DNA from: an uncultured Kiritimatiellota bacterium
Lineage (GTDB): Bacteria > Verrucomicrobiota > Kiritimatiellia > RFP12 > DVOR01
Assembly: GCA_944391085.1 (NCBI GenBank)
Contig: CALXSE010000011.1
Span: forward strand, 4,012 to 68,011
Length of the DNA stretch: 64,000 nucleotides
Direction: 5' to 3'
The notes below the pieces were generated by a model. It was given only the letters and a program-made list of their open reading frames with translations. It ran no database searches and was not told the origin of the DNA. A program made the translations under genes and the position numbers. Each line of letters begins with the position of its first letter. Position 1 is the first letter of the stretch. Positions 9,458 through 17,298 of the stretch are shown here, piece after piece.

Positions 9458-9470
9458 AGCATACCAAAAA
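9458..9470 (-). promoter_or_regulatory. extended -10 promoter (TTTTTGGTATGCT) of the gmk...dxs array
   Basis: Motif match. It lies about 37 nt upstream of the gmk ATG. Confidence 0.5.
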
Positions 9471-9561
9471 CCCGCCCCGCTTGCGCGGACGGATGCCGCG
9501 CGCCGCCGGTTGGGCCCCGGCGGACGCACCGGCCGGGCAGGCATCCCATGCGGCGTGGCCC

Positions 9562-9588
9562 CAAAAAAGCCCCGGCGGCGCCGGGGCT
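9562..9588 (-). terminator. intrinsic terminator after the mini PEP-CTERM gene
   Basis: Minus strand AGCCCCGGC-gcc-GCCGGGGCT followed by TTTTTT. Confidence 0.7.
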
Positions 9589-9610
9589 CCCACAATAGTT
9601 GTTCATTCTC

Positions 9611-9724
9611 TTACACACGACGCCGCAACGCCACCCCGGCCACGCCCAGCGCAAGCAACGCCAGCGCCGTCGGCTCAGGCACAACGATGGGTTTCTCCGG
9701 GTCAGACATAAACGCACGTTTCAT
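9611..9724 (-). CDS. 37-aa peptide consisting essentially of a PEP-CTERM sorting signal
   Basis: MKRAFMSDPEKPIVVPEPTALALLALGVAGVALRRRV. An AAGGA RBS lies 5 nt before the ATG. The gene has its own promoter (9776..9804) and terminator (9562..9588). The tail is near-identical at protein level to the C-terminus of the CDS at 25976..26617. Confidence 0.6.
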   Translation of the reverse strand: MKRAFMSDPEKPIVVPEPTALALLALGVAGVALRRRV

Positions 9725-9775
9725 CTTTGTCCTTATCCGCCCCATACGGGGGCTCTCCTTTTCAGAAACGCGCTT

Positions 9776-9804
9776 ATAATACCACCCCCCCCCCATTCGG
9801 TCAA
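9776..9804 (-). promoter_or_regulatory. sigma70-type promoter TTGACC-17nt-TATTAT (TG-extended) with a G10 homopolymer inside the spacer
   Basis: The minus strand reads TTGACCGAATGGGGGGGGGGTGGTATTAT. It lies 45-50 nt upstream of the mini PEP-CTERM CDS. Confidence 0.6.
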
Positions 9805-9914
9805 GTGCTTCTTCTCGCCCTGCCCTTTTTCCTGTCTTCGCCCCGGCAAAAGGCCGACGGGAAAGCGGCGCCCGCTTCCCAGATGCGCTCCCGTGGCGGG
9901 GGCCGTGCGGGGGG

Positions 9915-10532
9915 TCAGCGGAGGGCGGCCCAGCGGTCTTGGAGGCGACGGATGGCGTCGTAGGGCGCGGGGTCGCGGCAGACGGCGCGGACGACGGCGA
10001 AGGCGGTGGCGCCGGCGGCGGCGACGGCGGGGAGGCGCGCCTCGTCGATCCCGCCGATGGCGATGGTGGGCCAGGGGGCGGCGCGGATGATGCGCCCGGC
10101 CTCGTCGGGGCCAAGGGTGGGATCCGGGATGGCTTTGGTGGGGGTGGCGTAGAGGGGGCCGACGCCGATGTAGTCGGGGGAGACGGCCCGGGCGGCCTCC
10201 ATCTGGGCATGGGAATGGGTGGACAGGCCGAAGAGGCGGAGCGCGGGGAAGGCGGCGCGGGCCTCGGGGAGCGGCATGTCGCCCTGGCCGAGGTGGACGC
10301 CGTCGGCCCCGGCCTCGGCGGCGAGCGCGGGGTCGTCGTTGACGATGAACAGGGTGCCAGTGCCGCGGGTAAGGGCGCGCAGGCGGCGGGCGGTGGCGAG
10401 GACGTCGGCGCGGGGGGCGCGCTTCATGCGCAATTGGAGGTAGCCGACGCCGGCCTTGACGGCGGCTTCGGTGACGGCCTCATAGCTGGTGACGGGGTCG
10501 GTGACGACGAGGCAGAGTCCGGAGAGTGTCAT
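9915..10532 (-). CDS. thiE: thiamine-phosphate synthase
   Basis: 205 aa. Motifs YLQLRMK...VHLGQGD...GLSTHS...DYIGVGPLYATPTK...IAIGGI. Confidence 0.9.
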   Translation of the reverse strand: MTLSGLCLVVTDPVTSYEAVTEAAVKAGVGYLQLRMKRAPRADVLATARRLRALTRGTGTLFIVNDDPALAAEAGADGVHLGQGDMPLPEARAAFPALRLFGLSTHSHAQMEAARAVSPDYIGVGPLYATPTKAIPDPTLGPDEAGRIIRAAPWPTIAIGGIDEARLPAVAAAGATAFAVVRAVCRDPAPYDAIRRLQDRWAALR

Positions 10533-10712
10533 GGTTGGGCTGGGGAGGTTGAAGGCTTAGGCGCCCCTGCGGGAGACAGAGGCCCGGCGAGGGCGGGCGC
10601 ACAAACGGCCGGGACGCGCCCCGCCGGGTCTCCGCGCCAACGCGGTCGCCCCGGGCGGCAGGGAGAGGCGGGCGGCAGGCCTTGCCGCCCGCGCCCGTCC
10701 CCAGGCGCGCCC

Positions 10713-11495
10713 TCAGGGACGGAGATCCTGAAGGATGAGCTCGGCGACCTTCTTGCCGGATTTGAGCATCCCGCCGAAGATGGGGCCCATGCGGAAGCCG
10801 CCCTGGACGTTGTTGGCGGCCATGCCCGAGGCATAGAGCCCGGGGTAGAGGCGCTTGGTGTTGAGGACGGTGGTGCGCTCGCCGTCCTCCATCCACATGG
10901 GCTTCTCGCCCATGATGCCGCCGGTGGGGGAATCGACCTTGATGCCGGCCTTGTCGACGGCCTTGTGGACGATCTCGGAGGGATGGCCGGTGCCGTCGAG
11001 GACGGCGCGGGCGGTGACGACGACGGGATCGACGTGCATCTCCAGCCGGCGGACGGGGTTCCAGTTGACGACGAGGCCGCAGACCTTGCCCTCGCGGACG
11101 CAGATATCCTCGACGCACATGGTGTTGAAGATGACGGCGCCGGCCTTGCGCGCGCCGAAGATGAGCCCGGAGGCCATCTCGACGGAGTCCAGGGTGTGGT
11201 AGCCGTTGCCAAGGTCGCGGGTGGAGACGCCGAAGTCGTGGAGGATGGGCGCCGCGTCGTCCTGGACGACGACCTCGTTGAACAGCATCCCGCCGCCCCA
11301 GGTGCCGCCGCCGGGGGCGAGCTTGCTCTCGAAGACGGCCACCTTGAGCCCGGCCTGCGCCAGGTAACGGGCGGCGACGAGGCCGGAGGGGCCCGCGCCG
11401 ACGATGCCGACGTCCACCGCCAGGTGGCGCTCGAACTTCTCGAAGAAGGCGCGCACAATCGCGCCGGAAATGGTCTCTTCCATCACGTCGGCCAT
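10713..11495 (-). CDS. thi4: Thi4-family thiazole synthase (sulfide-dependent ADP-thiazole synthase type)
   Basis: [19 protein letters not shown] is an FAD/NAD fold motif. [31 protein letters not shown] is also present. The ATG at 11495 has an AAGGAG RBS 6 nt upstream. The track start at 11501 is a TTG. Confidence 0.85.
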   Translation of the reverse strand: MADVMEETISGAIVRAFFEKFERHLAVDVGIVGAGPSGLVAARYLAQAGLKVAVFESKLAPGGGTWGGGMLFNEVVVQDDAAPILHDFGVSTRDLGNGYHTLDSVEMASGLIFGARKAGAVIFNTMCVEDICVREGKVCGLVVNWNPVRRLEMHVDPVVVTARAVLDGTGHPSEIVHKAVDKAGIKVDSPTGGIMGEKPMWMEDGERTTVLNTKRLYPGLYASGMAANNVQGGFRMGPIFGGMLKSGKKVAELILQDLRP

Positions 11496-11511
11496 GGCCA
11501 ACTCCTTTCTG

Positions 11512-11539
11512 GGAAAAGAAAAGCCCCGGCAAGCGGGGC
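11512..11539 (-). terminator. intrinsic terminator after tig
   Basis: Minus strand GCCCCG-cttgc-CGGGGC followed by TTTTCTTTTC. It abuts the thi4 RBS. Confidence 0.65.
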
Positions 11540-11558
11540 GTTTGGGAAGCGGCGGGCC

Positions 11559-12851
11559 TCAGAGCACCGCGCAGGCAGGCACCAGGGCGTTGAGCACCTT
11601 CTGGCAGAGGGCGTCCTCAAACACCTGCTCCAGGCGGCCGTTGTTGCGCAGGCGGCGGACGACCTCCTTGGCGGGCATCCGCAGGCGCTCGGCCAGGGAC
11701 GTGATGGCGCCGTCGGCCTCCTGGGCGGAGAGCTTGAGGTCGCGGGCCTTGGCGGCGGCCAGCAGGGTGTAGTGGCGGCGCAGGCGCTGGGCGGCGCGCT
11801 TCTCGGCCTCGGCGTAGACGGGATCCTTGCGCAGGCCCTCGGGGTCGTCCTTGAAGCGCTCGAGGGGGTTGGACTGGTCGCTGGAGAGCTCGTCGTACGT
11901 CCAGCGGTCAAGCACCGTCTGGGGCAGGTCGAAGGAGACGGAGGCGTCGATGGCGGCGATGAGGTCGTTGAGGGCGCGCTGGCCTTCCTCGTACTGGCGG
12001 GTGAGGGCCAGGCTCTCCTTGACGTTCTGGCGGACCTCGTCCATGCTCTTGGCGTTGAAGCGGGAGACGACCGCCGCGTCGTCGGCGGGGACGTACTTGC
12101 GCAGGGTCTTCAGGGTGAGGTCGTAGTGGACGGCCTTGCCGGCGAGGTCGGCGACGCGGAAATCCGCCGGGAAGGCGACGTCGAGCGCGAAGGCCTCGCC
12201 GGGCTTCTTGCCGCGGAGGGCCTCGGCCAGGCCGGGGATGAAGGCGTCCGTGCGCAGCTGCATCCAATAGCCGGCGTCCTCGGCGTAGCGCGCGGCGGCG
12301 TCGGAGAGCCCCTCCTTGGAAAGGTCGGAGGTGAAGGAGACCTCGGCCAGGTCGTCCTCGGCGGCGGCGTCCTCGCCCTCGGCGTTGCGGAAGGAGGCGG
12401 CCATCTTGCGCACGTCGGCAAGGCGGGCCTCGAGCATCTCGTCGGTGACCTCGGCGTCGATCTTGCGGACATGCCACTTGGCCTCGTCGGGGAGGGCGAC
12501 GGCGGGCTCGAGGTCGCAGACGACGGTGGCGGAGGCGGAGGCGTCCTCGGCCTTGAAGTCCTTGAGGTCGACGACGCGGGCCAGCTCGCGGCCCTTGTCC
12601 TTGGCGGCCTTGGCGGCGGCGTCGACGAAGAGGTTGACGATCTCCTGGTTGGAGGATTGCTCGATTTCCTTGCCGTAAAGCGCCTGGATGCGCGCCGGGG
12701 GCACCTTGCCGGGGCGGAAGCCGGGCAGGCGCACGCGCTTGGCATACTCGCCGCGGACGCGCTTGCGGATGGGGACGATCTCCTCGGCGCCCGCCTCGAC
12801 GCTGACAATCACGCGGCAGGGGCCTTCCTCTTTGACAATCTCGCTCTTCAT
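11559..12851 (-). CDS. tig: trigger factor
   Basis: FRPGKVPPARIQALYGKEIEQ is the ribosome-binding TF signature region, and the PPIase and C-terminal domain layout follows. The ATG at 12851 (MKSEIVK) has an AAGGA RBS. The track start at 12875 is a TTG. Confidence 0.9.
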   Translation of the reverse strand: MKSEIVKEEGPCRVIVSVEAGAEEIVPIRKRVRGEYAKRVRLPGFRPGKVPPARIQALYGKEIEQSSNQEIVNLFVDAAAKAAKDKGRELARVVDLKDFKAEDASASATVVCDLEPAVALPDEAKWHVRKIDAEVTDEMLEARLADVRKMAASFRNAEGEDAAAEDDLAEVSFTSDLSKEGLSDAAARYAEDAGYWMQLRTDAFIPGLAEALRGKKPGEAFALDVAFPADFRVADLAGKAVHYDLTLKTLRKYVPADDAAVVSRFNAKSMDEVRQNVKESLALTRQYEEGQRALNDLIAAIDASVSFDLPQTVLDRWTYDELSSDQSNPLERFKDDPEGLRKDPVYAEAEKRAAQRLRRHYTLLAAAKARDLKLSAQEADGAITSLAERLRMPAKEVVRRLRNNGRLEQVFEDALCQKVLNALVPACAVL

Positions 12852-12890
12852 CGGTTGGGTGTCCTTTGGGTTCAAATCGATTGGCCAGAC

Positions 12891-12899
12891 AACATACCA
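12891..12899 (-). promoter_or_regulatory. extended -10 (TGGTATGTT) upstream of tig
   Basis: Motif match about 40 nt upstream of the tig ATG. Confidence 0.4.
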
Positions 12900-12923
12900 T
12901 ATCCGGCCGAAAAAGGAAAGCCT

Positions 12924-14519
12924 TCAGCGCGCCGCCGCGCGGGCCAGGCAGCACCCGCCCCCGCGGAGCCGCGCAAAGAGGGCGCTGGCGCGGTAGGCCG
13001 CCGGCAGGTCATACCCAAAGTCGCGCACGTTCCCGCCGTCGGCCTCGTAAAAGCCGCAGGGCTGCAGGCGCCCGTCGTGCGCCAGGAAGCAGAAGCCCGC
13101 GCCGGCCAGGCACCCGTTGAGGCGGCTGCGCGGCGTCAGCCCCCGGGCCTTGGCGCGGGCCAGCACGCGCGGCTCGCAGGTGACATGGACGGGCAGCGCG
13201 CCCTCGGCGTCAAGGTCGAGGATCTCGTCGAGCGCGGCCTCGGTCTGCGCGTCGTCCAGGCACTGCCCGGCGATGGCCGCGCCGCGCCCGACGGGCACCA
13301 GGAAAAAGTAGTCGATGCGCGTGGCGCCCTGGGCCAGCGCCAGGTCGCGCATCGCCCGGAGCGTGCCGCGGGTGGCGCGGGTGACGGTGTGGTTCAGCTG
13401 GAAGGGCAGCCCCGCCTCCCGCGCGGCGGCCATCGCGCGCAGGGCCATGTCGAAGGCCCCGGGCACGCCGCGGAAGGCGTCGTGCGCCGCCGCGTCGGGC
13501 CCGTCGAGGCTGATGGAGAGGGCGCGCACGCCGGCGGCCTTAAGGGCGCGCAGGCGCCCGGCCGTGGCGAAGCGGCCGCAGGGGGCGAGCACGCAGGGGA
13601 ACCCGAGCGCCGTGGCGCGGCGGACGATGTCCTCGAGGTCGTCGCGGTACATCGGCTCGCCGCCGGTGAGGATGAGCAGGGGCTTGCCGCCCCCGGGATA
13701 GGCCGCCGCGAGGGTCTCGAGCACGCGGCCGCAGGCCTCGGCGGAGAGCTCGCCGGCGCAGGCGGCGTCCCGCGCGGCGCCGCGGCAATGCCTGCAGGCC
13801 ATCGGGCAGCGCCGCGTCAGCTCCCACGCCAGCACGCGGATGGGCAGGGGCGCGGGGGCGAGGGCCTCGACGGCGCGCAGGGCCGCGGGCAGGTCGCCGT
13901 AGCCCGGGAGGAGGCCCTCGGCGTCGGCAAGCTCCCGGGGCGTCTTCCAGCCGGCGACGGAGACGGCCAGGCAGGGCAGGCCCGCGGCGTGGGCGGCCTG
14001 GATGTCCTTGGGCGTGTCGCCGACGAGGAGGCAGGGCTCCGCGCCCAGGTCCCGGGCGCGTCGGCAGGCCAGGCGGGCGAGGGCGTCGCGGTCGGTGTCG
14101 TCGCCCGCGTAGGCGCCGAAGTCGAAGAGGTCGGCCAGGCCCGCATGGATGAGCTTGGCCCACGCGGTGGCGCGGATGTTCCCGGTGACGACGCCCAGCA
14201 GGAAACCGCGGCCGCGCAGGGCCTCGAGGAAGGCGCGCGCGCCGGGGTAGACGGCGGGCGGCGTTTGGGCCAGGCGCGGCTCAAGGCGCTTGGCCAGCTC
14301 GATGTAGAAGCGTTCCTCGCGCGCCGGGGTGGAGGCGACGCCGCAGGCCCGGGCCAGGTCGCGGACGACGCCGGTGTCGGTGGCGCCGACGAAGGAGACA
14401 GACGCCACGTCCACCCCCACCCCATAGGCCGCGCGGAAGGCCTCGGCGAAGGCGGGGCGGCCGATGCCTTTGGCGTGGAGGAGCGTGCCGTCGATGTCAA
14501 AGAGGATTGCGCGTCTCAT
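12924..14519 (-). CDS. fusion protein: HAD-superfamily phosphatase (N) plus radical SAM/SPASM enzyme (C)
   Basis: The N-terminal part has FDIDGTLL...VVTGN...VGDTPKDI (HAD motifs I-IV). This is followed by ELTRRCPMACRHC (CX3CX2C), LILTGGEPMYR, and the SPASM-like block GCLAGAGFCFLAHDGRLQPCGF. It is a single uninterrupted frame. Confidence 0.8.
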   Translation of the reverse strand: MRRAILFDIDGTLLHAKGIGRPAFAEAFRAAYGVGVDVASVSFVGATDTGVVRDLARACGVASTPAREERFYIELAKRLEPRLAQTPPAVYPGARAFLEALRGRGFLLGVVTGNIRATAWAKLIHAGLADLFDFGAYAGDDTDRDALARLACRRARDLGAEPCLLVGDTPKDIQAAHAAGLPCLAVSVAGWKTPRELADAEGLLPGYGDLPAALRAVEALAPAPLPIRVLAWELTRRCPMACRHCRGAARDAACAGELSAEACGRVLETLAAAYPGGGKPLLILTGGEPMYRDDLEDIVRRATALGFPCVLAPCGRFATAGRLRALKAAGVRALSISLDGPDAAAHDAFRGVPGAFDMALRAMAAAREAGLPFQLNHTVTRATRGTLRAMRDLALAQGATRIDYFFLVPVGRGAAIAGQCLDDAQTEAALDEILDLDAEGALPVHVTCEPRVLARAKARGLTPRSRLNGCLAGAGFCFLAHDGRLQPCGFYEADGGNVRDFGYDLPAAYRASALFARLRGGGCCLARAAAR

Positions 14520-14527
14520 GGCCGCAG

Positions 14528-14538
14528 ATTATAGCACA
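14528..14538 (-). promoter_or_regulatory. extended -10 (TGTGCTATAAT) 8 nt upstream of the HAD/radical-SAM ATG
   Basis: Perfect TATAAT preceded by TG. Implies a leaderless or near-leaderless mRNA. Confidence 0.55.
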
Positions 14539-14541
14539 GCC

Positions 14542-16257
14542 TCAGCGCAGGGCCTCGGCGGCGCGCAGGAGCGCGGCGTCGAGCGCCTCGAGGTCGTCCT
14601 CGTAGGGGCAGCCCGGCCCCATGCCGCGCGCGACGGTGAAGCGTGCGAGGGCCTCCTCCAGCGGGGCGAGGGCCCCGGGGCGGCCGAGCGCGGCGGCCCT
14701 GGCGCGGAGGAGGCGGATCTTCTCGAAGGTCTCCACGCCGTTGCGCAGGGCCTCCCAGCGCAGGCTCGGGCGGTCGCCGGGGTAGACGAGCGAGGTGTCG
14801 GCGGCGGGCCAGTTGGCGGGGCGGTAATCCTGGCTGGCGAAGGGGTTCTCGGGCCAGGAGTGGTAGGCCCAGCGGAGGAAGCCGTCGAGGCCATAATGCG
14901 CGGCGGCGGGCAGGAGCCACTCGGCCTCGGCCAGGGCGGAGTGGGCGAAGGTGTTGGGGCGCGGCTGGGCGCAGCAGACGTAGAAGGTGGTGCGCTTGCC
15001 CTGCGCGCGGCGCGCGGCGGCCAAAGGCGCAAGGCGCTCGCTGATGTCCAACCCGTACGAGCAGTCGTCGAAGTCCGCGGTGACGGCGCTGGGCGCGTTG
15101 CATGCCGCGACGATGCCGAGGGTGGGCGCGTGGCGGCGCACCACCTCGAGCGTGGGGCGGAAGAGCGCGTCGGGGCGCTCGTCCATCGCCAGGCGCACGC
15201 GCCCTTCCCAGCCCTTGGCGCGGACGTGGGCCACGAGCGCCTCGAGGAAGGGCCCCCAGAAGGCCTCGTACTCGGGCGTGCCGGGGGTGAGCCGGGGCGC
15301 CACCGTGCGCCCCTGCGCCTCGTCGTGGTAGGCGAAGGTGAGCGACCAGGGCAGGAGGCCGTAACAGTTCACCGTGGCCTCCGCCAGGCCGGCCTCCTCG
15401 CTCATGAAGGCGACCCAGCGGTCGAAGACGGAGAAGTCATACGCCCACGAGCCGTCCTTGCGCCGGGTGACGCGCACCATCGCGCCGAAGGCGTCGTAGG
15501 TCTGCCGGTCCCACGCCTCGTCGATGAGGGTGGCGGTGATGGTCTTCTGGCCCGCGTCGGCCAGGCGGCGCATGGCCGGGCGCAGGAGGGCGAAGTGCGC
15601 GGGCGACCACATCGGCACGTCGTGCCAGCGGGCGACGGCGTCGGGGTGCTGCCAGATGTCCAGGTGGCAGGCCCACTCGCGCGGCGGCGGGAGGGTCTCG
15701 GGGTCGATCGTCAGCGTGACGGGGGCGGAGAGGGGCGTGCCGTTGACGCGGAGGGCGAGCGTGCCCGTGGCCCGGCCCGGCGCGGCGTCGGCGGGGATAT
15801 CCACGGTCAGCACGAGGGGCCGCGTCACGCCCGCGAAGGTCGTCTGCGCCGTGCCGTCGAGGATGTCGGCGAAGAGGACGCCCCCGCCAGTCGTGTAGCG
15901 CACCAGATCCAGCCGCACGGGGATTTCGCGGCCATCCTCGGCGCGCAGCGCGCACGGCTCCAGGCGGAGCTCGCTGAAGCCGGCGGGGCTCTCGATGAGC
16001 ACCTGCGCGCAGACGCGCTCGCCGCGCCAGCCGCGCATCGCCAGCCCGGGGCGCTTGGGCGCGGGGACCGCGCTCGGCACGTCGCGCCCGAAGCGCTGGC
16101 GCATGGAGACGGGCGTCAACCAAGGCTTGGCCCCGGCCCGGAGCACCGCGGCGGGGCGGCCCTGCGGGTCTTTGCCGTCGGGCTCGTAGGCGGGGTGGCG
16201 GGCCGGCTCGGCCAGGGCGGAGGCGGCGAGGAGGCAGGCGAGCGGGGCGAGCTTCAT
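14542..16257 (-). CDS. secreted DUF4091-type glycoside hydrolase-like protein (GH123-like)
   Basis: Internal ATG at 16257 with signal peptide MKLAPLACLLAASALA. The architecture (beta-sandwich followed by a TIM-like region) and the C-terminal block FLRWAYHSWPENPF are typical of DUF4091 proteins. Confidence 0.65.
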   Translation of the reverse strand: MKLAPLACLLAASALAEPARHPAYEPDGKDPQGRPAAVLRAGAKPWLTPVSMRQRFGRDVPSAVPAPKRPGLAMRGWRGERVCAQVLIESPAGFSELRLEPCALRAEDGREIPVRLDLVRYTTGGGVLFADILDGTAQTTFAGVTRPLVLTVDIPADAAPGRATGTLALRVNGTPLSAPVTLTIDPETLPPPREWACHLDIWQHPDAVARWHDVPMWSPAHFALLRPAMRRLADAGQKTITATLIDEAWDRQTYDAFGAMVRVTRRKDGSWAYDFSVFDRWVAFMSEEAGLAEATVNCYGLLPWSLTFAYHDEAQGRTVAPRLTPGTPEYEAFWGPFLEALVAHVRAKGWEGRVRLAMDERPDALFRPTLEVVRRHAPTLGIVAACNAPSAVTADFDDCSYGLDISERLAPLAAARRAQGKRTTFYVCCAQPRPNTFAHSALAEAEWLLPAAAHYGLDGFLRWAYHSWPENPFASQDYRPANWPAADTSLVYPGDRPSLRWEALRNGVETFEKIRLLRARAAALGRPGALAPLEEALARFTVARGMGPGCPYEDDLEALDAALLRAAEALR

Positions 16258-16259
16258 GG

Positions 16260-16727
16260 TCAGTGGGCCTCGGTGTGCCGGCCGGGGGCGGCCAGGTAGG
16301 CCGGGAGGTCGGCGATGAGGTGGGCGGGGAGCAGGTTGGCGGCGGCCAGCGAAGGCGCGTCGAAGGGCACCCACGCGAAGGCGATCCAGGGCTCGGCGGC
16401 CTTGGGCGCGGCGGGGGGCCGCGGCAGGCCGGGGACGTCGAGCAGGAAGATGAGGTTGACCTCGCAGTGCGGCTCGCCCGCCTGCTCGAAGGCGTTCTCG
16501 GAGACGGCCAGGAAGGCGCCCGCCTCGGCGTCCAGGCCGAGCTCCTCGCGCACCTCGCGCACCAGCGCCCGGCGGGCGGTCTCGCCGAATTCGACGTGGC
16601 CCCCGGGCAGGTAGCATCGGCCGCCCTTGGCGGGCTTGCAGACCAGGAGGTGGCCGTCCCGCAGGCAGACGCCGCGGGCGATGGTCTCGATGTTGGCGTT
16701 CTCGTAAGGCATGGCCGTTCCCTTCAT
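16260..16727 (-). CDS. NUDIX hydrolase
   Basis: Nudix box GGHVEFGETARRALVREVREELGL. Confidence 0.85.
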   Translation of the reverse strand: MKGTAMPYENANIETIARGVCLRDGHLLVCKPAKGGRCYLPGGHVEFGETARRALVREVREELGLDAEAGAFLAVSENAFEQAGEPHCEVNLIFLLDVPGLPRPPAAPKAAEPWIAFAWVPFDAPSLAAANLLPAHLIADLPAYLAAPGRHTEAH

Positions 16728-16764
16728 GGAAGAGGCCGCCCGGCGGGGCAGCCTCCGGCGGGGC

Positions 16765-17289
16765 TCAGCGCCCGCAGCAGTGCTTGTATTTCTTGCCGGA
16801 GCCGCAAGGGCAGGGGTCGTTGCGCCCCACCTTCGGGGCCTCGCGCACGATGGTGACGCCCTTCTGCCCGGCCTCGGGGGTGATCAGCTCGCCGTCGATG
16901 AAGCGCCATTCGCCGCCGACGCGCCGGAAGACGGAACGCTCGTGGTGCGAGAAGGGGCGCTGCTTGACGGTGTAATGGGCCACGAACTCCACCGTTCCCT
17001 CATCGTCGTCCACCCCGCCGCCCTGGACGCCGAGCACCTCCATGCCCGTCCAGACGGAGTTGCGGGCCCACTTGTGCGAGCCCTCGGGGTCGAACTCCGC
17101 GCGCACGGCGTCGCCGCTCGAGGCGTAGAGGAAGTCCACGTCGTCCGTCGCGTAGGCCGTGTAGCGGGCGCGCATGAGGGCCTCGGCGGTGAGGGCCGCC
17201 CGGGTGCCGCCGAGGATGGGGCCGCAGCAGTCGCCGTAGGCTTTGCCGGAGTGGCAGGGGCAGGGGTCGGAGGCTTCGGGTTTGGTCAT
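16765..17289 (-). CDS. ychJ: YchJ family protein (UPF0225) with SEC-C metal-binding motifs at both ends
   Basis: N-terminal [13 protein letters not shown] and C-terminal [13 protein letters not shown]. Confidence 0.8.
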   Translation of the reverse strand: MTKPEASDPCPCHSGKAYGDCCGPILGGTRAALTAEALMRARYTAYATDDVDFLYASSGDAVRAEFDPEGSHKWARNSVWTGMEVLGVQGGGVDDDEGTVEFVAHYTVKQRPFSHHERSVFRRVGGEWRFIDGELITPEAGQKGVTIVREAPKVGRNDPCPCGSGKKYKHCCGR

Positions 17290-17298
17290 GGTCGCTCC

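Noticed and set aside
10533-10712. TPP riboswitch in the thi4-thiE spacer or upstream of thi4.
   Set aside because: I could not place the conserved CUGAGA and ACCUGAUCUGGAUAAUGCCAGCG elements on either strand. Only a GC hairpin (GGGCGGCA/TGCCGCCC) is present.
9939-14534. 1531-aa plus-strand ORF. Similar very long ORFs occur at 173..2335+, 27862..30717+, 30714..33812+, 47558..50797+, 59347..61458-, 40310..42958- and 42666..44792-.
   Set aside because: These ORFs lie antisense to, or out of frame with, genes that have clear domain signatures (thiE, thi4, tig, rSAM, prc, greA, helicase, ABC-F, clpC, parE). Their translations are low-complexity G/A/R/E/P/D-rich strings with no motifs, no RBS and no signal peptide. 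Stop-free antisense frames of this kind are expected in a ~70% GC genome.
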